Assembly: GCA_963825135.1 (NCBI GenBank)
Contig: CAWGRW010000009.1
Coordinates: 1,952,001 to 2,016,000 of the forward strand
Direction of reading: 5' to 3'
DNA: 64,000 bases
DNA from: an uncultured bacterium
GTDB taxonomy: Bacteria; Desulfobacterota_D; UBA1144; Nemesobacterales; UBA2774
Part shown: positions 50,587-60,757 of the stretch, one piece after another
How positions within the stretch are numbered: the stretch's first letter is position 1
How the letters are laid out: every line of letters begins with the position of its first letter
The notes under the pieces: model-generated
The model's input: only the letters and a program-made list of their open reading frames with translations
The model's database searches: none
What the model was told of the DNA's origin: nothing
Position numbers and translations under genes: made by a program

Positions 50587-52317
50587 ATGAACAGAGATTA
50601 TGATAATTTAAGGAATTCGAGCATGAAACTCCATGACGTGGAGGTGGAGCGGTTCAAAGCCCTTCTGGAATACAATATTCTGGATACGGGGCAGGACGAC
50701 GCATTCGACGAGCTCGCGCGTCTGGCCGCGTATATCTGCAAGACCCCAATCGCACTCATATCCTTCATAGACGAGAACAGGGAATGGTTCAAGTCGATGA
50801 CGGGCATCGACAGCAAAATAAAGGAAGTTCCCCGTGACAAGTCTTTCGGCGCTTATGTGATAAATCACCCCGATGAGGTGCTCGCCGTAACGAGACCCCT
50901 CGAGGACGATAGGACGAAGCAGAACCCTTTACTTAAGTCCTACCCGGATATTAATTTTATCGCGGGCCTTCCTTTGGTCGACCGGAACGGCCACAAGATA
51001 GGCTCTCTTTGCGTCCTGGGTTTTCAGGAAAAGGAGCTCAGCTTCGAGCAGGTTTCCTTCCTGCAAACAATCGCCAGAAAGGTAATACTGCAGCTTGAGC
51101 GTGGACGCAGCGCTTCGGATGCCGAGCCCGTACCCCAATTAAAGTTCAGCGGGGAAAAAGGAGATCCTGAAAACGACGGGTCCGAAAATATCCATAGGAT
51201 AGCGGTCGGCGGAGTCGGAGTAGACGAGAAAATGATTCCCGGTATTGAGATTAATGACGAAGACGAGGACAGCTCGAATATAAGAAATGATATCAAGGAG
51301 CTTATCGTCAAGCTCGAGAGGCAAAACAGAAAGCTTATTTTATTATGCGAGATGGACGAATTACTCCAGGCTTCCCATGACGAAGAAGAGGTGTACAGGA
51401 TTATCACGAATTACAGTAATAAATTGTTTCCGGGGGAATCGGGGTCTCTATATATCTACAACGAAACACTTAACATTCTCGAATGTGTTTCGATCTGGGG
51501 AGATAAAACCAACAGCGAGCACGAATTTCTCCCGGACAGATGCTGGGCGCTCAGGCTCGGCAGGCTGCATTATGTAAATAACGCCCCCACCGAGCTTTAC
51601 TGTCAGCATCTTGGCGAAACCTCAAAAATCAATTATTTTTGCGCCCCGATGCTGGCGAGGGGCAAGACCCTGGGGCTTCTTCATCTGAAGAGCGATTCCG
51701 ATTTCACGCAGGGGGACGACGGGGGACGGGAAAGCGGCTATAACAGCCACATAGTTTCCACGATGGCCAAGCTCGCGGCGCTCGCGCTCGGGAATATCAA
51801 GCGCCATGACGCGCTCCAGAACTATGCGATTTATGACTCCCTTACCGGCCTTTTCAACAGGCGTTATATGGAGGAAACCCTTAAGAGGGAAGTCAGCAGG
51901 GTAGCGCGTAATAAAGAACCACTCGGTCTGATTATGGTGGACATCGACCATTTCAAGCAATTCAACGATTCCTACGGACACGCGGCGGGAGATTTGTTGC
52001 TGCGCAGCGTCGGCGACTTTTTTAAGGACAATATAAGGCGCGAGGACATCGCGTGCCGCTACGGGGGGGAGGAGTTCGTCCTGATACTTCCGGGCTCGTC
52101 ACTCGAAAATACCTGCAGGAGGGCCGAGCAGCTCCATGAGGAGATAAAACGCGTCCGCGTCCGCCACCGCGGAAGCTTCGTCAGCTCGATAGAAGTATCC
52201 ATGGGGGTAGTGGTCTTTTCGGAGCACGGCACGTCCGCGGAGCTCCTCCTGGAATCCGCCGACAAAGCCCTTTACAAGGCGAAGGCGCAGGGCCGAAACA
52301 GGATCGTCGTCGCGTAA
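50587..52317 (+). CDS. GAF-GAF-GGDEF diguanylate cyclase
   Basis: YNILDT..FDEL GAF; second GAF with CWALR; DIDHFK..ND.YGH, RxxD I-site, GGEEF. Confidence 0.93.
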   Translation: MNRDYDNLRNSSMKLHDVEVERFKALLEYNILDTGQDDAFDELARLAAYICKTPIALISFIDENREWFKSMTGIDSKIKEVPRDKSFGAYVINHPDEVLAVTRPLEDDRTKQNPLLKSYPDINFIAGLPLVDRNGHKIGSLCVLGFQEKELSFEQVSFLQTIARKVILQLERGRSASDAEPVPQLKFSGEKGDPENDGSENIHRIAVGGVGVDEKMIPGIEINDEDEDSSNIRNDIKELIVKLERQNRKLILLCEMDELLQASHDEEEVYRIITNYSNKLFPGESGSLYIYNETLNILECVSIWGDKTNSEHEFLPDRCWALRLGRLHYVNNAPTELYCQHLGETSKINYFCAPMLARGKTLGLLHLKSDSDFTQGDDGGRESGYNSHIVSTMAKLAALALGNIKRHDALQNYAIYDSLTGLFNRRYMEETLKREVSRVARNKEPLGLIMVDIDHFKQFNDSYGHAAGDLLLRSVGDFFKDNIRREDIACRYGGEEFVLILPGSSLENTCRRAEQLHEEIKRVRVRHRGSFVSSIEVSMGVVVFSEHGTSAELLLESADKALYKAKAQGRNRIVVA

Positions 52318-52363
52318 AGCGCCTCTCGCAAGTCGCTTCCCGGCGCCGGATTGTTCTTCCGCC

Positions 52364-52786
52364 TTACTGGTTCGAGTTGTTCGAGCTATTGCCGAACGCC
52401 TTGAGGTCTTGGGCGTTTTCAAAATAATAGACCGTACCGTCCGGTGCCGCGCCTATCACCGCGGAAGATTTATCCACCTCTTTCCCGCTTACGGGGTCTA
52501 CCGCCACCCGGCTCGCGGGGTCCTCTTTCAGCTTGGCCTCGCACATGTGGCAGCAACCGTAATATGTCTTGCCGTCGACGGCCACGGGGAGTTGCTCCTT
52601 GTCGTTGAGCTGGTTCGTGACCATGCAAACGTATTTCGATTCGACCTGAGTGAGTGCGGCCGGTTGACTGCTCTTTGCGTTCCCAGTGCTTTGCGCTCTC
52701 GATTCATGCGGTATGAGAGTCAGAGCAGCGATTAATCCCACGAAGAAAACCGCTATAGCGTATGTCCTGAAACTTCTTGTAATCAT
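52364..52786 (-). CDS. Exported TRASH/YHS-domain metal-binding protein
   Basis: Signal peptide; CMV...DGKTYYGCCHMC and DPVSG..V...YYFE. Confidence 0.8.
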   Translation of the reverse strand: MITRSFRTYAIAVFFVGLIAALTLIPHESRAQSTGNAKSSQPAALTQVESKYVCMVTNQLNDKEQLPVAVDGKTYYGCCHMCEAKLKEDPASRVAVDPVSGKEVDKSSAVIGAAPDGTVYYFENAQDLKAFGNSSNNSNQ

Positions 52787-52861
52787 AAATAAGCCCTCCT
52801 GTATATCGGCCGGGATATTTGTATTTTGAACGATCTCCCGCTCCTCTACTATCTATCTATT

Positions 52862-53386
52862 TTAGTCGTCGTGATGGTGATCCTGCGAGGGGTTCTTACT
52901 CGCCTCTGTCCTCATCTGTTGATACTGCTCTTTGGACAGGTTGGGGAGACCCTCGATGAACGCCACCATGCCCCATATATCGTCATCCGAGTGAGTCGAG
53001 CCCGACTCGGGCATGCCCGTCATCTTTATTCCGTTCTTTATGACCCAGAAGATCTCCGCCGGTCTCAGCACTTCGACGACTTTGGCAAGTTTCGGGGGGG
53101 CAGGGTTAAATCCTTCAGCGGGATCGATACCGGGGGCCCCGTGGCACCCGACGCACATATCGTCATAGTGCTCGAACCCCTCCCTCACGAGGCCTTCGCC
53201 TTCGAGAGACGGCTCCTTTATGCCCTCCGAGTGTTTCCTTATGGAGCTCACTTTTGCCGTATTGAAGACCCAGGTCGCCAATTCCGAGTGCGGAACCGTA
53301 GCGGCGATGTTATACGTCCCCGAGTATATAAAAATGACGGAGCCCAGAACAACGAAGCATATCAGAACAAGTAAGGATTTTATCAT
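52862..53386 (-). CDS. Membrane-anchored monoheme cytochrome c
   Basis: CVGCH, NPAPP.L, IKNGIKMTGMP; His-rich C-terminus; AAGGAGG before ATG 53386. Confidence 0.88.
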   Translation of the reverse strand: MIKSLLVLICFVVLGSVIFIYSGTYNIAATVPHSELATWVFNTAKVSSIRKHSEGIKEPSLEGEGLVREGFEHYDDMCVGCHGAPGIDPAEGFNPAPPKLAKVVEVLRPAEIFWVIKNGIKMTGMPESGSTHSDDDIWGMVAFIEGLPNLSKEQYQQMRTEASKNPSQDHHHDD

Positions 53387-53486
53387 GATAATCGCCAACC
53401 TCCTTTCCTGCATCTTCTGCGGTTGATACGATGCGCAGACTCCCGACTATTATAAATTATTTTATCGTAAACGTTTATATCGCCGC

Positions 53487-53602
53487 TTATCGATTCAAAT
53501 TGTTCTTTAGCCCTCTTCCTTTCCACAGCGCATATATTGCCGGAATGATCACTAGCGTGAGGATGGCCGAAGTGATGAGTCCCCCGACCATCGGGGCCGC
53601 GA
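53487..53602 (-). pseudogene. Stranded duplicate of the cusA 3' end (possible 34-aa ORF 53487-53591)
   Basis: Encodes AAPMVGGLITSAILTLVIIPAIYALWKG versus cusA AAPMVGGLITSAILTLVIIPAVYAVWKG. Confidence 0.8.
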
Positions 53603-53613
53603 CTTTCTCCTCT

Positions 53614-54177
53614 CTATTGCGCCGGCATATTCTTCATCATGTCCCCCTTATGCATCATCTCCCCGCTCTTCATCATTCCCTGGTTCATGGGCATCATCTG
53701 CATACATTGCTTAAAGTTTTCCGGACCTAAGGTTTTTCTTACAGCCGCGAGCGCATCGACCATCATATCGGCAGTCTCCAGGTTGAGTTGATTCGACGTT
53801 TTTATTTCCGACTTTAACTTTGCGGGGTCGAAGTCGGGGTCGTGCAGCATATCCATAATCTTCATGTGAGAGATTTTGAAATCGGCTTCCTTCTGCACGA
53901 TCGGATACAGGTATTTTTCATTGATTCCCGCAAATTCTTTTTTTTGAGCGTCGGTGAGATCGAGGGTGCTTGCTTTCATCATGATGTGGTGGACCATCAT
54001 GCTGTACATCATGGAGTCGCCCATCATATGGCTCCCCATGCCATGTTCCATTCCCATCATGTTTCCGTTCGACATCATATCCTGTTTCTGCTGGTCCTTT
54101 TGCTGGCCCGTACCCTGGGCCGGAGCGAGGCTCGTAAAGCACATAAGTATGAGTATTGAAGCAGCTAATCTTTTCAT
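53614..54177 (-). CDS. Met-rich periplasmic Spy/CpxP-like protein
   Basis: Signal peptide; LDLTDAQ; about 32 Met in 187 aa, mostly MM pairs at both ends. Confidence 0.8.
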   Translation of the reverse strand: MKRLAASILILMCFTSLAPAQGTGQQKDQQKQDMMSNGNMMGMEHGMGSHMMGDSMMYSMMVHHIMMKASTLDLTDAQKKEFAGINEKYLYPIVQKEADFKISHMKIMDMLHDPDFDPAKLKSEIKTSNQLNLETADMMVDALAAVRKTLGPENFKQCMQMMPMNQGMMKSGEMMHKGDMMKNMPAQ

Positions 54178-54266
54178 GTCTAATACCTCCGTTCTGTTAT
54201 TTTTTTTCTTTCATTCTAATTCTTTTTTTACGATTTTCATTTCTATACCGCTACTTTCGCTTAATC

Positions 54267-57200
54267 TCAATCTTCACTCGGCCTTTTCGATACACTGCCT
54301 CCTTTCCATACGGCGTATACTGCGGGAATGATCACGAGCGTGAGGATGGCCGAAGTAATGAGCCCGCCGACCATCGGAGCCGCGATCCTTTTAATCATGT
54401 CCGCTCCGGTGCCTGCGCTCCACATGAGGGGGAGTAGGCCCAGGGTCATTGTCGCGACAGTCATCATCTTGGGCCTTACCCGTTGTACCGCCCCTTCGGT
54501 TATAGCGGTGTGGAGATCCCCCTCCGTATTCATCTCGTTTCTCATCCTCCTCTTCTCGTAAGCCTCGTCGAGATAGATAATCATCACCACCCCTGTTCCC
54601 GCGGCGAGTCCTGCGAGCGCTATGATTCCGACCCAAACGGCTATGCTCATGTTGTATCCGAGCAGATACAAAAACCATATGCTCCCTACAAGCGAGAACG
54701 GCACTGAAAATAATACGATCAGCGATTCGGTGATTGATTTGAAATTGAGATAGAGGAGAAGGAATATGATGAATAGCGTGAGAGGCAGTATGTATTTCAG
54801 TCTTTCCTTGACCCTCAGGAGGTATTCATACTGTCCCGCCCATTGCAGATAGTAGCCCGGGGGCAGCTTGACTTCCTCCTGAATTATTTTTTTCGCTCCT
54901 TTTACATACCCTTCGTAGTCCTTCCCCTCTACATCGACAAAAACATAACCTACCTTCTGTCCGTCCTCGTTCCTTATCTCGGGCGCGCCGGAATTGAAAC
55001 TTATTTTGGCGAGAAGCGCGATCGGGACCTGAGCTCCCGACGGAGTCGCGACGAGCACCCTCTCCAGCTTGTCCGGATCCGTTCTCAACTCTCTCGGATA
55101 CCTGACGTTTATCGGGTATCTCTCCTGCCCCTCGACCGTCTGCGATATGTTCTTTCCGCCTATCGCGGTTTCTATGACGTCCTCCACTTCCCCCACCGTC
55201 AGGCCGTACCTGGCGGCCTTCTCACGGTCTATGTCGAAATCGAGGAAATACCCCCCCGTTATCCTTTCCGCAAACGCACTCCTTGTCCCCGGAGTTTTCG
55301 CGAGCACGCTTTCGATATCGACTGCAATCTTTTCTATGGTGCCCAGGTCCGGGCCGAATACCTTTATGCCGAGGTTGCTCCTGAAGCCGGACGTGAGCAT
55401 CTCGGTCCTTGTCTGGATGGGCATCCAGAAAATATTCGCCATACCGGGTAATTTTACGGTTTGATTCATTTCCGATATGAGCTTCTCCCATGTCATCCCT
55501 GCGCGCCACTTGTCCTCGGGCTTCAGAATGATGACCGTTTCCACCATGCTGAGAGGGGCGGAGTCCGTAGGTGATTCGGAGCGCCCTATCTTTCCGAAAA
55601 CTCTTTCCACCTCGGGGAATTTCATCAGCATCTTGTCCTGAGTCTGGAGGATTTTGGATGCCTCGGTTATCGACATCCCGGGCACGGCCGTAGGCATGTA
55701 GAGTATCGTTCCCTCGTTCAGCGGGGGCATGAACTCGGAGCCCAGCCTGAGGAATGGAAAAATAGTCAGGACGAGTATTACAACTGATGATAATAAAACA
55801 GTCTTCTTGAAACGGAGCACGAAGCCCACGACCGGGTCATAAAGCCCTATCAGACACCTGCTGATGGGATTCTTCGCCTCCGGCTTTACTTTCCCCGTCA
55901 CGAGGAGGGCTATTAAAGCGGGGGTGATCGTTATCGCCAGGAGAGAAGAAAAAAACATCGCGAAGGATTTAGTGAACGCGAGCGGCTTAAACAGCCTCCC
56001 TTCCTGGTATTCGAGAGTGAAGATAGGAAGAAAAGATACGGTGATGACGAGTATGGAAAAGAAAACAGGCCTTCCTACTTCTTTCATTCCCTCGAGAACA
56101 GCGTCGAACCTCGATCCCTTCTCTCCTTCAGACTGCCATTTTTCGAGCTTCTTATGCACGTTCTCGATTAGTACGATCGAGGCGTCCACCATCGCCCCTA
56201 TGGCAATGGCGATCCCCCCGAGCGACATGATATTCGAGTTGAGGTGCATGTAGTGCATAGGTATGAATGCCATGAGCACGCCGATGGGGATCGAGAGTAT
56301 GGGTATTACCGCGCTCCTGAAATGGAGGAGGAATACGATTATTACCACGCTCACAATGATCATTTCTTCAATCAGGGTCCCCTTAAGCGTCCCTATCGCG
56401 CTCAGGATGAGGTCCGAGCGGTCATAGGTGGTCACGACTTTAACTCCTTCGGGCAGCGACGGTTTTATGTCTTCGAGCTTCTCTTTCACCTTTTCTATCA
56501 CTTCGAGAGCGTTTTCGCCGTGGCGCATAACTACAATCCCCCCGACCGTCTCGCCCTTTCCGTCAAGCTCGGCGACGCCTCTCCTGATATCGGGGCCGAG
56601 CTCCACGTTGGCGATGTCCCGCACGTATACGGGAGTCCCGTTTCCGTTCGTGCTAACCGGAATATTCTCTATATCCTCTATTGACTTTATATATCCCTTC
56701 CCCCGCACGTAGTACTCGGTCGAACCGAATTCGACTACCCTGCCCCCCACGTCGTTGTTGCTGGACCTGATCGCTTCGATCACCTCGTTCATGGGAACGT
56801 CGTATGCTATGAGCTTATTCGGGTCGATTTCGACCTGATACTGTTTTACGAATCCCCCCACACTTGCGACTTCAGCGACGCCGGGGACGGATTCCAGCCA
56901 GTATCTGAGATACCAGTCCTGGAACGTTCGGAGGTCGGCCAGATCGTGTTTGCCGGATTCGTCCACGAGCGCGTATTCATAGACCCATCCGACTCCCGTG
57001 GCGTCCGGGCCCAGCGTCGGATTGATTCCTTCGGGGAGTTTCCCCCTGACCTCGTTTAAATATTCGAGCACGCGGCTCCTCGCCCAGTATATGTCTGTCC
57101 CGTCCTCGAATATTACATAGACGAGTGACGTGCCGAACATCGACTGCCCCCTCACGAGTTTCACTTTGGGCGCTGCAATCATGCTCGTGACTATGGGGTA

Positions 57201-57398
57201 TGTGATCTGGTCTTCTATCAAGTCCGGGCTTCTTCCCTCCCAGTCCGTATAGACTATGACCTGAACGTCCGACAGGTCTGGTATAGCGTCGAGTGGAGTA
57301 TTCTTCATCGCCCAGTATCCCCAGGCGGCGAGAAAAGCGATCAGCGTGATCGTCAGAAACCTGTTCTTTGCCGAATACTCTATGATTTTATCTATCAT
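54267..57398 (-). CDS. cusA: CusA/SilA heavy-metal RND efflux pump
   Basis: DAIPDLSDVQV, LGPDATGVGW, Met-triad motifs LYMP / LSMVET / TEML, RVRPKMMT. Confidence 0.95.
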   Translation of the reverse strand: MIDKIIEYSAKNRFLTITLIAFLAAWGYWAMKNTPLDAIPDLSDVQVIVYTDWEGRSPDLIEDQITYPIVTSMIAAPKVKLVRGQSMFGTSLVYVIFEDGTDIYWARSRVLEYLNEVRGKLPEGINPTLGPDATGVGWVYEYALVDESGKHDLADLRTFQDWYLRYWLESVPGVAEVASVGGFVKQYQVEIDPNKLIAYDVPMNEVIEAIRSSNNDVGGRVVEFGSTEYYVRGKGYIKSIEDIENIPVSTNGNGTPVYVRDIANVELGPDIRRGVAELDGKGETVGGIVVMRHGENALEVIEKVKEKLEDIKPSLPEGVKVVTTYDRSDLILSAIGTLKGTLIEEMIIVSVVIIVFLLHFRSAVIPILSIPIGVLMAFIPMHYMHLNSNIMSLGGIAIAIGAMVDASIVLIENVHKKLEKWQSEGEKGSRFDAVLEGMKEVGRPVFFSILVITVSFLPIFTLEYQEGRLFKPLAFTKSFAMFFSSLLAITITPALIALLVTGKVKPEAKNPISRCLIGLYDPVVGFVLRFKKTVLLSSVVILVLTIFPFLRLGSEFMPPLNEGTILYMPTAVPGMSITEASKILQTQDKMLMKFPEVERVFGKIGRSESPTDSAPLSMVETVIILKPEDKWRAGMTWEKLISEMNQTVKLPGMANIFWMPIQTRTEMLTSGFRSNLGIKVFGPDLGTIEKIAVDIESVLAKTPGTRSAFAERITGGYFLDFDIDREKAARYGLTVGEVEDVIETAIGGKNISQTVEGQERYPINVRYPRELRTDPDKLERVLVATPSGAQVPIALLAKISFNSGAPEIRNEDGQKVGYVFVDVEGKDYEGYVKGAKKIIQEEVKLPPGYYLQWAGQYEYLLRVKERLKYILPLTLFIIFLLLYLNFKSITESLIVLFSVPFSLVGSIWFLYLLGYNMSIAVWVGIIALAGLAAGTGVVMIIYLDEAYEKRRMRNEMNTEGDLHTAITEGAVQRVRPKMMTVATMTLGLLPLMWSAGTGADMIKRIAAPMVGGLITSAILTLVIIPAVYAVWKGGSVSKRPSED

Positions 57399-57491
57399 CG
57401 GTCCTATCCTTTTAATCCGTCATTGAGATATGTAATCATCGTTGTCGCGGGGTCTATATGCTCCGCGCGCGGAAAGTCCGCCCTCGCAGGG

Positions 57492-58958
57492 TTAATGTCC
57501 TTCGTGGTGTTTCATGCTTTCACCCTCATTGTCATCTCCACTCCATGAGGCGACGGCAGCCTGTATCTTGCTTTCGGAGTCGATTAAGAAATTCGCCCTC
57601 GAGACGACCATCTCTCCATCGCTCAGCCCCCCGAGCACTTCATAGTAGCCGCCCGCTTTCTGCCCGAGTTTCACTCTTTTTATCTCCATATTTCCCTCGC
57701 CCTTATCTACGAAAACTATGTCCTGTTTCCCCGTCCTGAGCACCGCGGATTCGGGAACGGCAAGCTTCTCTCCGAGCGGGATATCGATGCTCACCTCTGC
57801 GTACATCTCGGGAAGGAGCTTCATATCGGGGTTGGGGAACTCGAGACGCGCCTTTACAGTCCTCGTCTTCATGTCGAGGTGAGGCGGAATGAACGTGACC
57901 TTCCCGTGGAACTCCTCGCCGGGAAACGATTCCAGCGTCATTACCGCGTGGTCTCCCGATTTAACGAGAGGTATCTCGTTCTCGTATATATCGGCCTCGA
58001 CCCACACGTTAGAATGGTCGGCGATCTTATAGAGAGCGGTGTTGGGCTCAACGTACATGTTCTGGAATGCATTTTTCTCGATCACGGCGCCCGAGACAGG
58101 GGAGTAAATTATCATGCTGTCTCTGACTTTTCCCGTTGCCGCGAGCTCCTTTATCTGACCCTCGGAAATGCCCCAAAGCTCGAGCCTTTTTCTCGATGCG
58201 TCGATGAGCGAATTAGCCCCGCCCGATATCTCCGGGAATTCGCTGCCGGAGAGTATTTCTCCCGAGCGCAGAGCGAGCAGGTATTCCTGCTCAGTCGACA
58301 CCAGCTCCGGGCTGTAAATGGAAAAAAGCGGATCTCCCTTCTTTACGTCCTGAAGCGTATAGTCGACGTAGAGCTTATCTATCCATCCGCTGAATCTTGT
58401 GTTTATTTGTGTGATTTTAGTTTCATCGAGGGTTACTCTTCCGACAGTCCTTATGGACTTGTCCATGTTGCGCACCGTTACGGGTTCTGTTTTAACCCCT
58501 ATCAGCTGCTGTCGCTCCGGGCTGACTGTGAACCGTGACCGGGATTCCCCTTTTCCGGGTTCGGGTGCAGGTGCAGGCATTTCCATCCCCGGCATGCTAT
58601 GGTCCATGGTCCCTGTTTCGGTTGAGCTCTCGGGCTCCGCGGTAGTTTCTTTCTCCGCATTCCCGGCGGGAGGCTCGGACTCCGGCCCGGTTTTCTTCAT
58701 GACCGGAATGAGCTCCATTCCGCATATCGGGCAGTGGCCGGGCTCCTTCATCCTCACCGATGTATGCATGGCGCATGTCCAGTAATCGATCTCGCCCTCC
58801 TCTGTCAGTACGGGGCGCCATTGGTGCTCGTGCCCCTCGGAGAAAAACGGTATCTCTTTAAGCATCGGTATCATGTAGCCGTACTTGTATATCGCGAGCG
58901 ATACGGCTGTTACGGCAATCAGAGCCGCGATTATATTGAGGCCGGTTCTCTTTTTCAT
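57492..58958 (-). CDS. cusB: CusB-type adaptor with N-terminal heavy-metal-binding domain
   Basis: YWTCAMH...PGHCPICGMEL, IYSPEL, LLPEMYA, FLIDSES; His tail. Confidence 0.92.
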   Translation of the reverse strand: MKKRTGLNIIAALIAVTAVSLAIYKYGYMIPMLKEIPFFSEGHEHQWRPVLTEEGEIDYWTCAMHTSVRMKEPGHCPICGMELIPVMKKTGPESEPPAGNAEKETTAEPESSTETGTMDHSMPGMEMPAPAPEPGKGESRSRFTVSPERQQLIGVKTEPVTVRNMDKSIRTVGRVTLDETKITQINTRFSGWIDKLYVDYTLQDVKKGDPLFSIYSPELVSTEQEYLLALRSGEILSGSEFPEISGGANSLIDASRKRLELWGISEGQIKELAATGKVRDSMIIYSPVSGAVIEKNAFQNMYVEPNTALYKIADHSNVWVEADIYENEIPLVKSGDHAVMTLESFPGEEFHGKVTFIPPHLDMKTRTVKARLEFPNPDMKLLPEMYAEVSIDIPLGEKLAVPESAVLRTGKQDIVFVDKGEGNMEIKRVKLGQKAGGYYEVLGGLSDGEMVVSRANFLIDSESKIQAAVASWSGDDNEGESMKHHEGH

Positions 58959-60238
58959 TTCGATTCTCCTTTCCTCTCGTTTTGATTCGTCGGATCGACT
59001 CCTGAAAGCTCCTCGATCCTGGCCAATGCCTTCCGGTATTCGGTGAGCTGTCTCTCATATTCGAGCTCGAAGCTGAATAAGGACACCATGCTGTCAAGGA
59101 GCGTGAGGAAGTCGACGGATCCCACCTGATAACCTGAAATCGCGGATTCAAGCGAGAGCTTCGATTGCGGGATAATTCCATCCTTATATAGGTTCATGAG
59201 CCTCTCGGCCGTTCTCGCGTTCAGATAACTCTCCTTCACGTTATAGTTAAGCTCCTGATTCACGGAGCTGTACTCCTCCTGCGCCCCTTTTAATTCCAGC
59301 GCCGCCTCCTCGATACCCGGCTTCTGTTTGCTCCAGAAATAAAGCGGCACCTTGAGTCCCAGAGATACTTCCCAGATTCCGTCAACGCCGTTCCCCGGTC
59401 TACCCATTATTCCCGGAGAGGCCCCCACGAAGAAATCGGGATAAAGTTCCTTCCGTGCAAGATTCAGAGACTCTTCTCCCCTCGCTATCTCACGCTCTTT
59501 CATGGCCAGGATCGGGGCGTTTTCCTTAGCGAGCTCACTCACTTCCTCTGAAGTCAGGGTAAGGGGTGTTTTTTGTATATACTCGGGATTGCCGAGCGCG
59601 GAGTCCTGCGGTCGGTTGAGTATGCTTTTTATCCTTGCCTCGATTATCTCCTTTTTCTGTTTAAAGACTTCGAGCTCCTCGATGGCTTTCGACGACTCAA
59701 CCTGGGCTTTCAGCACGTCCTGCTGTATGCCCTTTCCCACCTCGTACTTCACTTCAGCGATTTTGGTGAACTTTTCGAGTAGTTCCTTATTCCTTTCGGT
59801 GATCTCTATGGCTTTTTCCGCGAGGTTCCAGTCGTAGTAGGCGACCTTGAGATCGGCGACCACCCTCCTCACCGTTGCCTGATAGGATTTCTCCTCGGCT
59901 TCGGACTCTCTCGTTGCAATTTTAGCTTTCGACGAGAGCTTTCCGGGAAAGGGGATTTCCTGTTCGAATGAGAATTTCAGCATGCTGTTCGGTTCTTCGT
60001 CCAGAGTTATGCTGTCAAAACTCACGTTCTGCCAGTCGACTCCTATCATCGGATCGGGCAGCGTCCCCTCCTGCGCGGGCCGCTTCGCGGACGCCTGCGA
60101 CCTCGCTTTCGCCGCTTTGATCTCTGGGTTATTCCGGAGCGCTTCTTCCACGTACGAATTTAGTGTCCCGGATTCCCCCGCAAATAAAGCGTGCGTGAAA
60201 AGCAGGATTACAAATAGTGTTCCACATATCTTTCTCAT
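58955..60238 (-). CDS. TolC/CusC-family outer membrane factor
   Basis: ALRNNPEI, LPDPM, EQEIPFPGKL, GYQVG.VDFL; first structural gene before cusB. Confidence 0.9.
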   Translation of the reverse strand: MRKICGTLFVILLFTHALFAGESGTLNSYVEEALRNNPEIKAAKARSQASAKRPAQEGTLPDPMIGVDWQNVSFDSITLDEEPNSMLKFSFEQEIPFPGKLSSKAKIATRESEAEEKSYQATVRRVVADLKVAYYDWNLAEKAIEITERNKELLEKFTKIAEVKYEVGKGIQQDVLKAQVESSKAIEELEVFKQKKEIIEARIKSILNRPQDSALGNPEYIQKTPLTLTSEEVSELAKENAPILAMKEREIARGEESLNLARKELYPDFFVGASPGIMGRPGNGVDGIWEVSLGLKVPLYFWSKQKPGIEEAALELKGAQEEYSSVNQELNYNVKESYLNARTAERLMNLYKDGIIPQSKLSLESAISGYQVGSVDFLTLLDSMVSLFSFELEYERQLTEYRKALARIEELSGVDPTNQNERKGESK

Positions 60239-60367
60239 GTCCGTCTCCCTCTCGTGAGGAAACTGAAAAGCAATAATTTCTCGACAGTCGGATTTGTAAT
60301 GATGCAGCCATCCGGGACGGCGTGAGGGTACCTCAGCCGGATTCCGGACCGGTTTTATAGGATGGAA

Positions 60368-60757
60368 TTACAGCAGAAAAGTAGAGTTGGAAACCTGTAA
60401 ATCAGGGGGATCGTGTTCCCTGAGGGAATTGTCCTTCAGTTGATCGAGGCAGGTTTTGTCTTGAGTAACGGCTTTTTGTTGTGTCCTGTCTATCAATACG
60501 ACTTCCACTTTGGCATTGAGATCGGGGGATGTGTTCGTCAGTACTTCCTGGCAGCAGGATTTGTTCGGGCTATCCGAATCTTTTATGGCACGCGCCGTAT
60601 TTTCTTCCCCGGTCTTCTGTTCTTCATGACTCATCCCGTGGCATCCTGAGGCCATCGTTACTTGAGGAGCGCCGGTTACCGCGAACGAATCCCTGCAGAG
60701 TCCGCCATAGCAAATGAGGATATTAATAGTCAGGAAGAGGCTAAAAAATCGCATCAT
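60368..60757 (-). CDS. Cys/His-rich leader protein with C-terminal PP motif (CruR/DUF2946-like architecture)
   Basis: Hydrophobic N-terminus with Cys, GCHGM, SCC, ends REHDPPDLQVSNSTFLL; first ORF of the cus locus. Confidence 0.65.
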   Translation of the reverse strand: MMRFFSLFLTINILICYGGLCRDSFAVTGAPQVTMASGCHGMSHEEQKTGEENTARAIKDSDSPNKSCCQEVLTNTSPDLNAKVEVVLIDRTQQKAVTQDKTCLDQLKDNSLREHDPPDLQVSNSTFLL

